Source of the DNA: a virus
Taxonomy: Duplodnaviria; Caudoviricetes
Strand: one strand, 5' to 3'
Virus record (IMG/VR): IMGVR_UViG_3300034062_005626
Length of the DNA: 64,000 nucleotides
Both the position numbers and the translations under genes were made by a program. The first letter of the stretch is position 1; each line of letters begins with the position of its first letter. Below, one piece after another: positions 47,680 through 56,260 of the stretch. The notes under the pieces are model-generated. The model saw only the letters and a list, made by a program, of their open reading frames with translations, searched no databases and was not told where the DNA came from.

Positions 47680-48821
47680 TCAACATAAGGTATTAAGGGT
47701 TCGGTATTCAACATATTTAAAATATATTTTAATGGTGCCGAACCTTTTTTGAGTGGATTCCACGAACTTCTTTTACGTATACCATAATTAACCATCAAAC
47801 TATCTTTATCAACATTTAATATTCTTATTTCGTAGTCTCCTGGTATTTGTTTAAATGTGTTAAATCCAATTTTATCATTTATAATATTAATTATTTGAAA
47901 GTATTTTTTCATTTTTTCTTCTCCACCCTCTTCAATCATACTTTCCAATTCTTCTTCTAATCCTTCCAAAACTCTTACACTTCTTTTATTAAATTCACTA
48001 TAAAAAACATCAGCATCCCAAGCCTCATATTGAACTTCATAATATTCAGGAACGTGTGTTCTAACTTCTTTTTCTATCGCCTTAAATAATATATCCATCA
48101 AACAATCGTCAGGTGTTCCATATCTTACAAATAACATAATCGCATCTCCCCAATTTAAAAAATACTTCCAATAACAATTACTTGATTGGTTTTCGATTCC
48201 AACAACAGATAAACAATTACAATATATATCATCAATATATTTAGGTACTGCCGCGTCTGTTGCCATTTCACTCGCATATGAATACGATTCAATTAAATCA
48301 TCTTTTGTTCTATTACTTACAGATTCAATAAAGTCTGATATTTTATCTGACTCTTTATTTTTTTTCCATTCGATTTGGTCATTAACCACTTCAAATTCTT
48401 TTAATAAGTTTGGTTGATATATTTTTAATATGTTATATAAAACTTTTAATGATTCACCCTTTAATCCGTCTAACACATATCCTTCATCCCAATCATCATT
48501 TGCTCTATCCCAATAATCCCATTCCCATGAACCTCTACGCATAGAATCTAAGTATCCCGCTTCATACCAACCGTCACTACCTTCTTCACCATAAGTTTCT
48601 TTGAAAAAAAATCTTAGATAGTCTTCTAATCCTTCATGGAAAGTAAAAGTTATACCATCATAACCTACTTCATAAAAGTCTGAATAATCTTCACCATCGC
48701 ACCCATCAAAATCAGTATCATATGGGTCAATCTTTCTTTTGTTAAGAGCAAGAATTTTTTGATAGTCAGTTAATTCAACATCGTCATCCTCTTCTTCAAA
48801 AATTTTTGAAAATTTATTCAT
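47676..48821 (-). CDS. hypothetical acidic protein
   Basis: 381-aa ORF with late motif at 48828-48834. Confidence 0.75.
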   Translation of the reverse strand: MNKFSKIFEEEDDDVELTDYQKILALNKRKIDPYDTDFDGCDGEDYSDFYEVGYDGITFTFHEGLEDYLRFFFKETYGEEGSDGWYEAGYLDSMRRGSWEWDYWDRANDDWDEGYVLDGLKGESLKVLYNILKIYQPNLLKEFEVVNDQIEWKKNKESDKISDFIESVSNRTKDDLIESYSYASEMATDAAVPKYIDDIYCNCLSVVGIENQSSNCYWKYFLNWGDAIMLFVRYGTPDDCLMDILFKAIEKEVRTHVPEYYEVQYEAWDADVFYSEFNKRSVRVLEGLEEELESMIEEGGEEKMKKYFQIINIINDKIGFNTFKQIPGDYEIRILNVDKDSLMVNYGIRKRSSWNPLKKGSAPLKYILNMLNTEPLIPYVD

Positions 48822-48836
48822 ATATTTATAAATATA
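48821..48836. promoter_or_regulatory. perfect 16-bp palindrome TATATTTATAAATATA containing two back-to-back late motifs
   Basis: TATTTAT at 48823-29 (+) and 48828-34 (-). Confidence 0.55.
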
Positions 48837-48886
48837 TTGTGAAATATAAATATTTGTATTATATTTGTTTTATAGTTCTTTGAAAA
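48837..48886 (+). promoter_or_regulatory. Bacteroidota-type promoter plus boxA-like element upstream of tmRNA
   Basis: TTG 48837-39, N20, TATATTTG 48860-67; GTTCTTTGAAAA 48875-86. Confidence 0.55.
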
Positions 48887-48904
48887 TAGTCATTTAAGAT
48901 ATAT

Positions 48905-49292
48905 GGGCCTATATTGGAATTGACGGGCGTTGGTTGAATAAAAGAAGCATGTCGGGACTGAATTAATCTCGTTAAAAACTGATTCAAAAAACAACTGGCA
49001 ATGTGCTAAACAACCTTGAGACTTTGGGACTTATCTCAACTCAAGAAGTTACTGTAGCTTAATTAAGATACGGAAACGGGGGGTCGGCAGACATATAACC
49101 TAGCAACAGAAGTCGTAGTTGTGGTGGATTACTATTGAACCCTAAATCGAATGGTGACCATTGGTTGTTGATTTACGATGGTGAAGAACAAATCAACTAT
49201 TTTGGAATATTAGAAAATATTAACCTAAACGTGTAGTTGTCTTTTAGACAAAACGAGCCGGACGAGGGAGTCGGAGCCCTCTAGGTCCACCA
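48905..49292 (+). ncRNA. ssrA: tmRNA; predicted tag (A)GNVLNNLETLGLISTQEVTVA
   Basis: acceptor stem GGGCCTA/TAGGTCC-A-CCA with G3:U70; TTGGAATTGAC D-like loop; PK1 CGGGA/TCTCG plus GAATT/GATTC; GCATG/CGTGT helix 2; tag ORF 48997-49062 whose stop lies in a hairpin; T-stem GAGGG/CCCTC. Confidence 0.93.
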
Positions 49293-49296
49293 ACTA

Positions 49297-49329
49297 ATCC
49301 CACTATTTAATTATGGTGGGATTTTTTTT
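49297..49329 (+). terminator. intrinsic terminator after tmRNA
   Basis: ATCCCAC...GTGGGAT followed by T8. Confidence 0.85.
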
Positions 49330-49348
49330 AATATTTTTTTCAAAAAAA

Positions 49349-49379
49349 TTTGGAGATATATAAAAAACGTGTATCTTTG
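49349..49379 (+). promoter_or_regulatory. Bacteroidota housekeeping promoter TTTG-N19-TAnnTTTG
   Basis: TTTG 49349-52, 19-nt spacer, TATCTTTG 49372-79, ATG 49419. Confidence 0.75.
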
Positions 49380-49418
49380 TATTGTAATCAGTTATTAACC
49401 ATCTAAAAAATCAAAATT

Positions 49419-50015
49419 ATGAAAAAATTGTTTTTTGTCTCTACATTATTTATGTCTTTTTTCTTTTCATCTCAAGTTAAGTATACGTTAAAAAAGTACC
49501 CAATGTACTCTAAAATATGGGAAAAAAAATATGACAAAACTGAAAAAGATGAAGATGGGTTGCCTTTAATTGTTTTTTCACCAAAAGGTTACAACACGTT
49601 TGGAGACAATACCTCAACTTTTAAAAATGTAAGTCAAACTAAAGTACAATCATATTTGATTTCAGAATTAAATAAATTTAGAAAGGACTACAAAAAAAAT
49701 TCGATTTCTAAGAGTGGTGTTTTAACAAGTAAAAGTATCAATGATGCAAAAAATATATCGACGGTTAAAGATTACAATATTTCTAAAGAAAAAAATGTCA
49801 AAATTGTTTACGACTTTATTCCTGTAGATTTTTTCTCTCGTGTGGACGTAAAAAAATATGAAATTGAAAAAATTATTGCAGAGTCTGTTTTCGATTGGTT
49901 TGTTGCAAACGATGAAGGAATGTCTTTGTTGTTGACTGAAAAAAGAAAAGAATTTGGACTTGGCGTTTATATTAGTGAAACCAAAGGAGTTACAATTGTG
50001 ATTCGAGGAAAATAA
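49419..50015 (+). CDS. secreted protein, possible CAP/SCP-like fold
   Basis: signal peptide MKKLFFVSTLFMSFFFSSQ; LISELNKFRK...EFGLGV. Confidence 0.55.
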   Translation: MKKLFFVSTLFMSFFFSSQVKYTLKKYPMYSKIWEKKYDKTEKDEDGLPLIVFSPKGYNTFGDNTSTFKNVSQTKVQSYLISELNKFRKDYKKNSISKSGVLTSKSINDAKNISTVKDYNISKEKNVKIVYDFIPVDFFSRVDVKKYEIEKIIAESVFDWFVANDEGMSLLLTEKRKEFGLGVYISETKGVTIVIRGK

Positions 50016-50043
50016 AAAAAGGGGTTAATAAACCCCTTTTTTT
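50016..50043. terminator. bidirectional terminator between convergent genes
   Basis: A run-GGGGTT-AATA-AACCCC-T run. Confidence 0.85.
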
Positions 50044-50071
50044 ATTTCTTATTACAACTTAAATGTTGGTA

Positions 50072-50620
50072 TTAAACTTCAAAAGCCGAAGCTAAGTCTT
50101 TTTGTGAAGACATACCACAAATTTTTTCTTGGAAAAATTGTCTAGTATCTGAAAATTTTGTAGTTCTTGCTGTTCCCGCAGTGGCAGGGAAACTGATTGC
50201 ATCAAAAGTTATTTTCTTACTATCATAAAAAGTATAAAAAGTTCCAGTTGAACAATCAAAATATATTGTTTTAGATATTGATTGACCAGCAATAGCTTTA
50301 GCTGACTCTGCTCCCGCCATATCACCAGTATCTACTTTAGAACCAGCCTTTGAACCATCTTTTCTAAAATAAAGTAAACCTGGCATAGTACATTGTGTGT
50401 TGCTGGTTTTTGTAACTTTTGCTCCTCCTTTAATAATTAAATTTACACTTGGAAGCCAAGATTCAACAGGTTGATTACTATTATCCACAACTCTTCCAAC
50501 TGGACTGTCCGCAATTCCAAAACCTAAATTTGCAGGAATAGTCATATCCTCACTTTCTTTAATCACCCTTCTTACAATTCGAGCCAAATCTGACTCAGTT
50601 AATCTAACAATTCTTTTCAT
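50072..50620 (-). CDS. LTESDL-leader protein 2
   Basis: MKRIVRLTESDLARIVRRVIKE. Confidence 0.8.
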   Translation of the reverse strand: MKRIVRLTESDLARIVRRVIKESEDMTIPANLGFGIADSPVGRVVDNSNQPVESWLPSVNLIIKGGAKVTKTSNTQCTMPGLLYFRKDGSKAGSKVDTGDMAGAESAKAIAGQSISKTIYFDCSTGTFYTFYDSKKITFDAISFPATAGTARTTKFSDTRQFFQEKICGMSSQKDLASAFEV

Positions 50621-50637
50621 AATTTTTTTGTTATAAG

Positions 50638-50671
50638 TTAATTTTTTTATTATCTTTGTTTAATAAATATA
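50638..50671. repeat. 34-bp exact direct repeat, copy 1 (contains late motif)
   Basis: TTAATTTTTTTATTATCTTTGTTTAATAAATATA identical to 51158-51191. Confidence 0.9.
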
Positions 50672-50707
50672 CATTCAATTATAAAAATTCATTTTATGTG
50701 AACTTTT

Positions 50708-51142
50708 TTAATTAATGTCTTTAAATGGTTTATTTTTTGGACTTTTCTCGGTTCTTCCGTATGATGTTCCTTTTGTGTCCGCTGAAGAAACTTTTTCACT
50801 AGAATTAAATTGACCCAAGTGACGCTCAACCTCATCAACGATGTCATTTTGTTCATCATATAACCCACCAATGTTAGAACCATATGGTACATATTCCATA
50901 TCTGTAGATATGTAAGCACCAATAGTTTTGTATCCAAGTTTTTTTACTGCAGCTAACGCCTCTTCATAGTCCGTTTTATTTTTAATTGAGTAGACCGCTC
51001 TTTGAATTGCTCTTTCGTCAGTACCTAATCCAGACATTGCCTTAGTAATTGATTTAATTGCGTTTTCACCATTACCCTCACTAATAACCCGTCTAACAAT
51101 ACGTGCTAAGTCTGATTCTGTAAGTCTTATAATTCTTTTCAT
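50708..51142 (-). CDS. LTESDL-leader protein 3 with single annexin-like repeat
   Basis: leader ending ISE, then ITKAMSGLGTDERAIQRAV...GYKTIGAYISTD. Confidence 0.7.
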   Translation of the reverse strand: MKRIIRLTESDLARIVRRVISEGNGENAIKSITKAMSGLGTDERAIQRAVYSIKNKTDYEEALAAVKKLGYKTIGAYISTDMEYVPYGSNIGGLYDEQNDIVDEVERHLGQFNSSEKVSSADTKGTSYGRTEKSPKNKPFKDIN

Positions 51143-51157
51143 AATTTTTTAATTATT

Positions 51158-51191
51158 TTAATTTTTTTATTATCTTTGTTTAATAAATATA
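51158..51191. repeat. 34-bp exact direct repeat, copy 2
   Basis: identical to 50638-50671. Confidence 0.9.
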
Positions 51192-51210
51192 TTGTAATTC
51201 AAAAAAAGTT

Positions 51211-51714
51211 ATGCAAACTTTTCTCCCCTATTCAGATTTTAGAAAATCATTAGAGTCTTTAGATAATAAACGTCTTGGTAAACAACGTGTTGAGGCGTAT
51301 CAAATTATATCTGCGATTACTGGTCGTACACGTAAAGATGGTAAACCTTATAAAGGATGGTTAAATCACCCGTGTTCTGTCATGTGGAAAGATTATGTTA
51401 ATGCTCTAAAACAATACTATAATGATTGTATTGATGTTTGGGTTGAACGTGGTTTTAAAAACACTATGGAACACGAACATATTGAAGGTGATTTTGTTTT
51501 ACCTCATTGGTTGGGTACAGAAGAGTTTCATTCTTCACATAGAGCAAACTTATTACGTAAAGATGGTGAATACTATTCAAAACATGGTTGGACTGAAAAC
51601 CCTGATGACCCATACGTATGGATGGATGATAAAGGATTGTGGTATAAACAAATTGTTGGTAGTAAAGAAAGGGTATTTTTTACGCCTGATGTTCTACAAT
51701 TGTGTAGTGAATAA
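51211..51714 (+). CDS. pyrimidine-dimer DNA glycosylase family protein (DenV/MSMEG_6728-like)
   Basis: MQTFLPY, LDNKRLGKQRVEAYQI, NHPCSVMW, SHRANLLRKD. Confidence 0.85.
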   Translation: MQTFLPYSDFRKSLESLDNKRLGKQRVEAYQIISAITGRTRKDGKPYKGWLNHPCSVMWKDYVNALKQYYNDCIDVWVERGFKNTMEHEHIEGDFVLPHWLGTEEFHSSHRANLLRKDGEYYSKHGWTENPDDPYVWMDDKGLWYKQIVGSKERVFFTPDVLQLCSE

Positions 51715-51759
51715 TATCGCCGTAAGTTTCAATCCAATTTATACAATTAATAAATACTT

Positions 51760-52701
51760 CTATATAAGTTCCATAATTTTTCTATATACCTGTAATACGT
51801 TTGGATGACATTCAAAAGTTTTTTTATTTTCTAAACAATTCACTAAAGATGGTATACCTTGTATTGAACCCCACTCTTTTACCCCATGTTTCATGTCTGA
51901 TGCGCACATCAAATCACAGCCCCCACTAATGTAATTATATTTGTAATTTTGACTACCATTTCTATATGGGGCTCTAAATTCAGGATTAATTGAACTACCT
52001 AATTGAATAATTTCACAATCTGTGGTTCCTGCTAAGTGTAATAAACCTGAATCCATTGTAACAAAACATGAACTATAATTTATTAAATGCCATGTTTCGT
52101 CAATTGAAGTTTTATTCATTAAATTAATTCCTTTTTCTATTTCAAAGTCAAACACAGGTTTATCAACATTTGAACCTCCAATTTCTGACGAGTTTTTTCC
52201 TATTGATACAACAAAAATTCCTTGTTCATTTAAAAGTTTTGTCAAGATTTTCCAATTATCAATCGACCAAGTTCTTGAGTTCCAATTTTGAACAGGGTGA
52301 ATTAAAACATATTTTCTTGGAAAATTTTTCATTATTGAAACTTTGTTTGGAATAAAATCCAACTTCATTTCTTCTTTTGTCAACATAAACCCCAAAGAAA
52401 TTGCATGAATTTGTCTAATGTCCATTACATTATGTTTATTACAAACCCCATTTGGTTTGTAAAAAACATCAAAAGAATTAAAAATTTCATATTCATTTTT
52501 TTCTTCATCAGTTATTGGGTTAAATAATTCACTATAAACTTTATCCACATATGGATTATTTAAAAACAAATATGGGTGATGTGTAATCACCGAAATTTTT
52601 TGACCATAAGAATTATATAATTTTCTAATTGTAGGTGTTGAACATAATGTATCGCCTAAAGCTCTACTTTCAGTTAAATCTAAACAAATTTTTTTCATCA
52701 A
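51760..52701 (-). CDS. GT9 (heptosyltransferase-fold) glycosyltransferase
   Basis: ALGDTLCSTPTIRKL, RTWSIDNW, FVTMDSGLLHLAG; C-terminal four-Cys cluster. Confidence 0.8.
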   Translation of the reverse strand: MMKKICLDLTESRALGDTLCSTPTIRKLYNSYGQKISVITHHPYLFLNNPYVDKVYSELFNPITDEEKNEYEIFNSFDVFYKPNGVCNKHNVMDIRQIHAISLGFMLTKEEMKLDFIPNKVSIMKNFPRKYVLIHPVQNWNSRTWSIDNWKILTKLLNEQGIFVVSIGKNSSEIGGSNVDKPVFDFEIEKGINLMNKTSIDETWHLINYSSCFVTMDSGLLHLAGTTDCEIIQLGSSINPEFRAPYRNGSQNYKYNYISGGCDLMCASDMKHGVKEWGSIQGIPSLVNCLENKKTFECHPNVLQVYRKIMELI

Positions 52702-52752
52702 TTAAAATATAGGATACTTCACAAATAATATGAATAAATTATTTTTTTAATT

Positions 52753-55662
52753 ATGAAATTAAAATTAATGTATGTGGTTCCTCATTTATCAACAGGAGGA
52801 ATGCCACAATTCGTATTAAAAAGAATTGAATCTTTATTGGAATATAAAAATGAAATTGAAGTTTTTCTTGTAGAATACTCACAATTTAGCGACACATATA
52901 TTGTTCAAAGAAATAAGATAATAGAATTACTGGATGTTGGTCATTTTTTTTCATTAGGTTGGTTTACAGAGCCTGAAAAAAAATATCAACTAATTGATAT
53001 TATAAAAGAAAACAAGATTGATATTGTCCATATTGAAGAAATACCTGAAGGGTTTGAAAGTTTCAATAAAATTCCTTTGGATATACTTAATCAACTTTAT
53101 GATAATAATAGAACGTGGAAAATTGTTGAAAGTTGTCACAATATTTGGTTTGATGGTAATTCAAATAAAAAGTTACATCCTGACTATTACTCTTTTGTTA
53201 CTCCATACCATTTAAGCTCACAGTTTAATAAACTTAATACTCCAAAAAAAGTTTGGGAATACCCCATAGAAAATAAAGTAAGTGATATATTAAAAGAGTA
53301 TTCAATTTATGACAAATCACATAGAGTTCCAACATTAAAAAAAATAATTGAGAGGGAAAACTTACAAATTTCTATGACAAAAACACACATTTTAAATGTG
53401 GGTCTTTGGACTGAAGGTAAAAATCAAAAAGAAGGTATTGAAGTCGCAAGATTACTTGAAAATACACACCCTGATTTACATTTTCATTTTATTGGAAATC
53501 AAGCATCAAATTTTGAAAACTATTGGGGTCCAATTATGAATAACTTACCAAAAAATGTTACAGTATGGGGGGAAAGAGAAGATGTTGATACATTTATGAA
53601 AGCCTGTGATGTTTTGATGTTTAATTCAACTTGGGAATGTAACCCTTTGGTGGTTAGAGAGGCTATTAACTATGGAATGAAGATAATGACAAGAAATCTT
53701 CCTCAATATATGGGAATGTTTGATGAATATATAACACCAATTAAATCAAACAACTACGAAGACATCAAAAATACCTTACTTGAATTATTAAATTCAAATA
53801 AGACTTATGAAATAAATACAAAAAGAGATTTCAAAAAAGAATTATTAGATTTTTATAAAGAAGTTAATAACGTTTCAAAAACTTTAAACAATCCAATAAC
53901 AAAAACATATAAGGTAAATAATCATTTTGTTGTTAATCCATTTATTGAAATATCGGGCGAAGAAGAAACGAACTTTGAAATAACTTTTATTGATGAAGGT
54001 GGAAATGTAATTTATCAAAATAATATACCCATAAATTCTTGGGTAAAATTGAATAGGGAATATTACACAAAATGGACAATTAGAGTTAAAGAAGATAATA
54101 GTGTAATTTTTTCTAACATTTTAAATTTAGAAAATAGAAGAGTTTACATTTCTTTTGGTTCAAAATCCCTTGGAGATTCTTTGGCTTGGATTCCGTACTG
54201 CGAAGAATTTAGAAAAAAACATAATTGCGAATTAATTGTGTCAACATTTTTAAATGATTTATTCAAAGACCAATACCCAAATATTGAATTTGTTGAGCCA
54301 GGTGAAACTGTATATGATATATATGCTCAATACCAACTTGGTTGGTTTTATAATGAAAATGGTGAATTTGATTCAAATAAACATCCCTTTGATTTTAAAA
54401 AACAACCACTACAAAAAACGGCAACAGATATTTTAGGTTTAGATTATGTTGAAATTAGACCTGAATTAAAATTGCCAAACATTACAAAAAAGAAAAAAGT
54501 GGGCATTGGGTTTCATTCAACAGCACAAGCAAAATATTGGAATAACCCTGATGGTTGGCAGGTGGTTATAGATTATTTAGATTCATTAGGTTATGAATGT
54601 ATGATATACTCAAAAGAGGGTAATGGTTATATGAATAATTTTTATCCAAAAGGGGTTACGATTTATAAAGGTGGAAACCTTCAAGAAGTAATTGATGATT
54701 TATCCGCCTGTGAGTTTTTTGTAGGTTTAGGTTCAGGATTATCTTGGTTGGCGTGGGCATGTAAAATACCCGTAGTTTTGGTTTCAGGATTTAGTGAAAA
54801 ATGGGCTGAGACAACCTTAGACACATATAGAGTTATAAATGAAAATGTATGTCATGGATGTTTTAATAATGATAGATTAAATGCTGGAGATTGGAATTGG
54901 TGTCCGTTACATAAAGGAACTAACAGACAATTTGAATGTACAAAAGAAATAAGTTCTGATATGGTCATAAAAGAAATAAATAAAATAATTAACAAAGAAA
55001 TGATAGAAGATAAACAATTTGATTGGGGTAAAAAAAGTGAATGGTATGTAAGTCAAGCAACAAAAGAAATTTTTGAAGATGATGCTTATGAAAGATTTTT
55101 TGAAGTTGAAGAGGGGGATATAGTTGTCGATTTGGGGGCATCGATTGGTCCTTTTACCTATAAAATTTTACCTAAAAACCCAAAACAATGTTATGTTGTT
55201 GAACCTTTATCTTATCATATAAATGTTTTACATAAAAACGTAGGAGAAGATAATGTTAAAATTATTCAAGGAGCAATTACGGATAAAAAGAATATAGAAA
55301 TAACATGGGACGGTATAACAGAAAGTGTTCCTACATTTTCATTCAGAGAATTTTTAAATGAAAATAAAATAAATAAAATAGATTTTTTAAAGTGTGATTG
55401 TGAAGGTGGTGAGTATGATGTATTTCAACCGTCCAATATAGATTTTTTAAAAACAATACCAAAAATTGTAACAGAATTTCATTTAGTAAATGATGAAAAC
55501 TTCCACGAATGTAAGTTTAGATGGTTCAGAGATAATATACTACCAAAATTTGAAAATTATAAAGTGTATTCTTACGATGGTGTTGATATAAAATGGGATT
55601 TATGGAATGACCATTTTATTGAATATTATAATGAAGTTATTATCTATATAGATAATAGATAA
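52753..55662 (+). CDS. fusion: GT4-like + TibC/AAH-type autotransporter O-heptosyltransferase + FkbM methyltransferase
   Basis: PHLSTGGMPQF..ECNPLVVREA (GT4); SWVKLNREYYTKWTIRV, SKSLGDSLAW, FVGLGSGLSWLAWA, CHGC..WCPLHKGTNRQFEC (TibC/AAH); VDLGASIG, KCDCEGGEY (FkbM). Confidence 0.8.
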   Translation: MKLKLMYVVPHLSTGGMPQFVLKRIESLLEYKNEIEVFLVEYSQFSDTYIVQRNKIIELLDVGHFFSLGWFTEPEKKYQLIDIIKENKIDIVHIEEIPEGFESFNKIPLDILNQLYDNNRTWKIVESCHNIWFDGNSNKKLHPDYYSFVTPYHLSSQFNKLNTPKKVWEYPIENKVSDILKEYSIYDKSHRVPTLKKIIERENLQISMTKTHILNVGLWTEGKNQKEGIEVARLLENTHPDLHFHFIGNQASNFENYWGPIMNNLPKNVTVWGEREDVDTFMKACDVLMFNSTWECNPLVVREAINYGMKIMTRNLPQYMGMFDEYITPIKSNNYEDIKNTLLELLNSNKTYEINTKRDFKKELLDFYKEVNNVSKTLNNPITKTYKVNNHFVVNPFIEISGEEETNFEITFIDEGGNVIYQNNIPINSWVKLNREYYTKWTIRVKEDNSVIFSNILNLENRRVYISFGSKSLGDSLAWIPYCEEFRKKHNCELIVSTFLNDLFKDQYPNIEFVEPGETVYDIYAQYQLGWFYNENGEFDSNKHPFDFKKQPLQKTATDILGLDYVEIRPELKLPNITKKKKVGIGFHSTAQAKYWNNPDGWQVVIDYLDSLGYECMIYSKEGNGYMNNFYPKGVTIYKGGNLQEVIDDLSACEFFVGLGSGLSWLAWACKIPVVLVSGFSEKWAETTLDTYRVINENVCHGCFNNDRLNAGDWNWCPLHKGTNRQFECTKEISSDMVIKEINKIINKEMIEDKQFDWGKKSEWYVSQATKEIFEDDAYERFFEVEEGDIVVDLGASIGPFTYKILPKNPKQCYVVEPLSYHINVLHKNVGEDNVKIIQGAITDKKNIEITWDGITESVPTFSFREFLNENKINKIDFLKCDCEGGEYDVFQPSNIDFLKTIPKIVTEFHLVNDENFHECKFRWFRDNILPKFENYKVYSYDGVDIKWDLWNDHFIEYYNEVIIYIDNR

Positions 55663-56256
55663 TTAACCACAAGGACCGATGGGTTCCCATGACCAAACTC
55701 TTCCATCCATATACCACCTATATATCATTGTCCCATCAACATAAAATCCTTCAGGGGCATAATTACCACCACATCCACCATAAGGGTATAGTAAATTATT
55801 TGTAGAATCGAAACTATAAAACGATGCACTTCCATTACATGCAACGTCAAGGAACTTCCCATAGGAAAGGGACTTGTCATCACAAGTAGGGGTCGGTGTA
55901 CAACTACCAAAAAATGACCAAGTCCATCCCATAGTAGTCTCTTGCCAATTATATATATTACCAAAAGTATCAACATAAAATCCCTCTGGCGCATAATTTA
56001 ATACGTCGTCACAATAACCAAACTGAAACAATTGTTGAGTTGTCATATTAAAACTATAAAGACCTGACGATTCAGAACAAGCAATTCCGGGTATTGGCCC
56101 AAACTGATAACTTAAATCAACACACGATGTTGGGTCACTTCCAGGCCATCCGGGTATTTCTCTTGTATCTATTCCTCCTATATATTTTATACTTGAGGAT
56201 GTAATTCCACCTATTTTAGTAATTAATTCAACATTTACGCCTGATACTGTTCCCAT
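55663..56256 (-). CDS. small fibre-associated protein with duplicated Cys-containing module
   Basis: two copies of C..YSF...C..NYAPEGFYVD...IY.W. Confidence 0.7.
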   Translation of the reverse strand: MGTVSGVNVELITKIGGITSSSIKYIGGIDTREIPGWPGSDPTSCVDLSYQFGPIPGIACSESSGLYSFNMTTQQLFQFGYCDDVLNYAPEGFYVDTFGNIYNWQETTMGWTWSFFGSCTPTPTCDDKSLSYGKFLDVACNGSASFYSFDSTNNLLYPYGGCGGNYAPEGFYVDGTMIYRWYMDGRVWSWEPIGPCG

Positions 56257-56260
56257 GTTA

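Noticed and set aside
49255-49292. Stand-alone tRNA or prophage attachment site
   Set aside because: It is the 3' half of the tmRNA tRNA-like domain, pairing with 48905-48911; no integrase or duplicated 3' end seen
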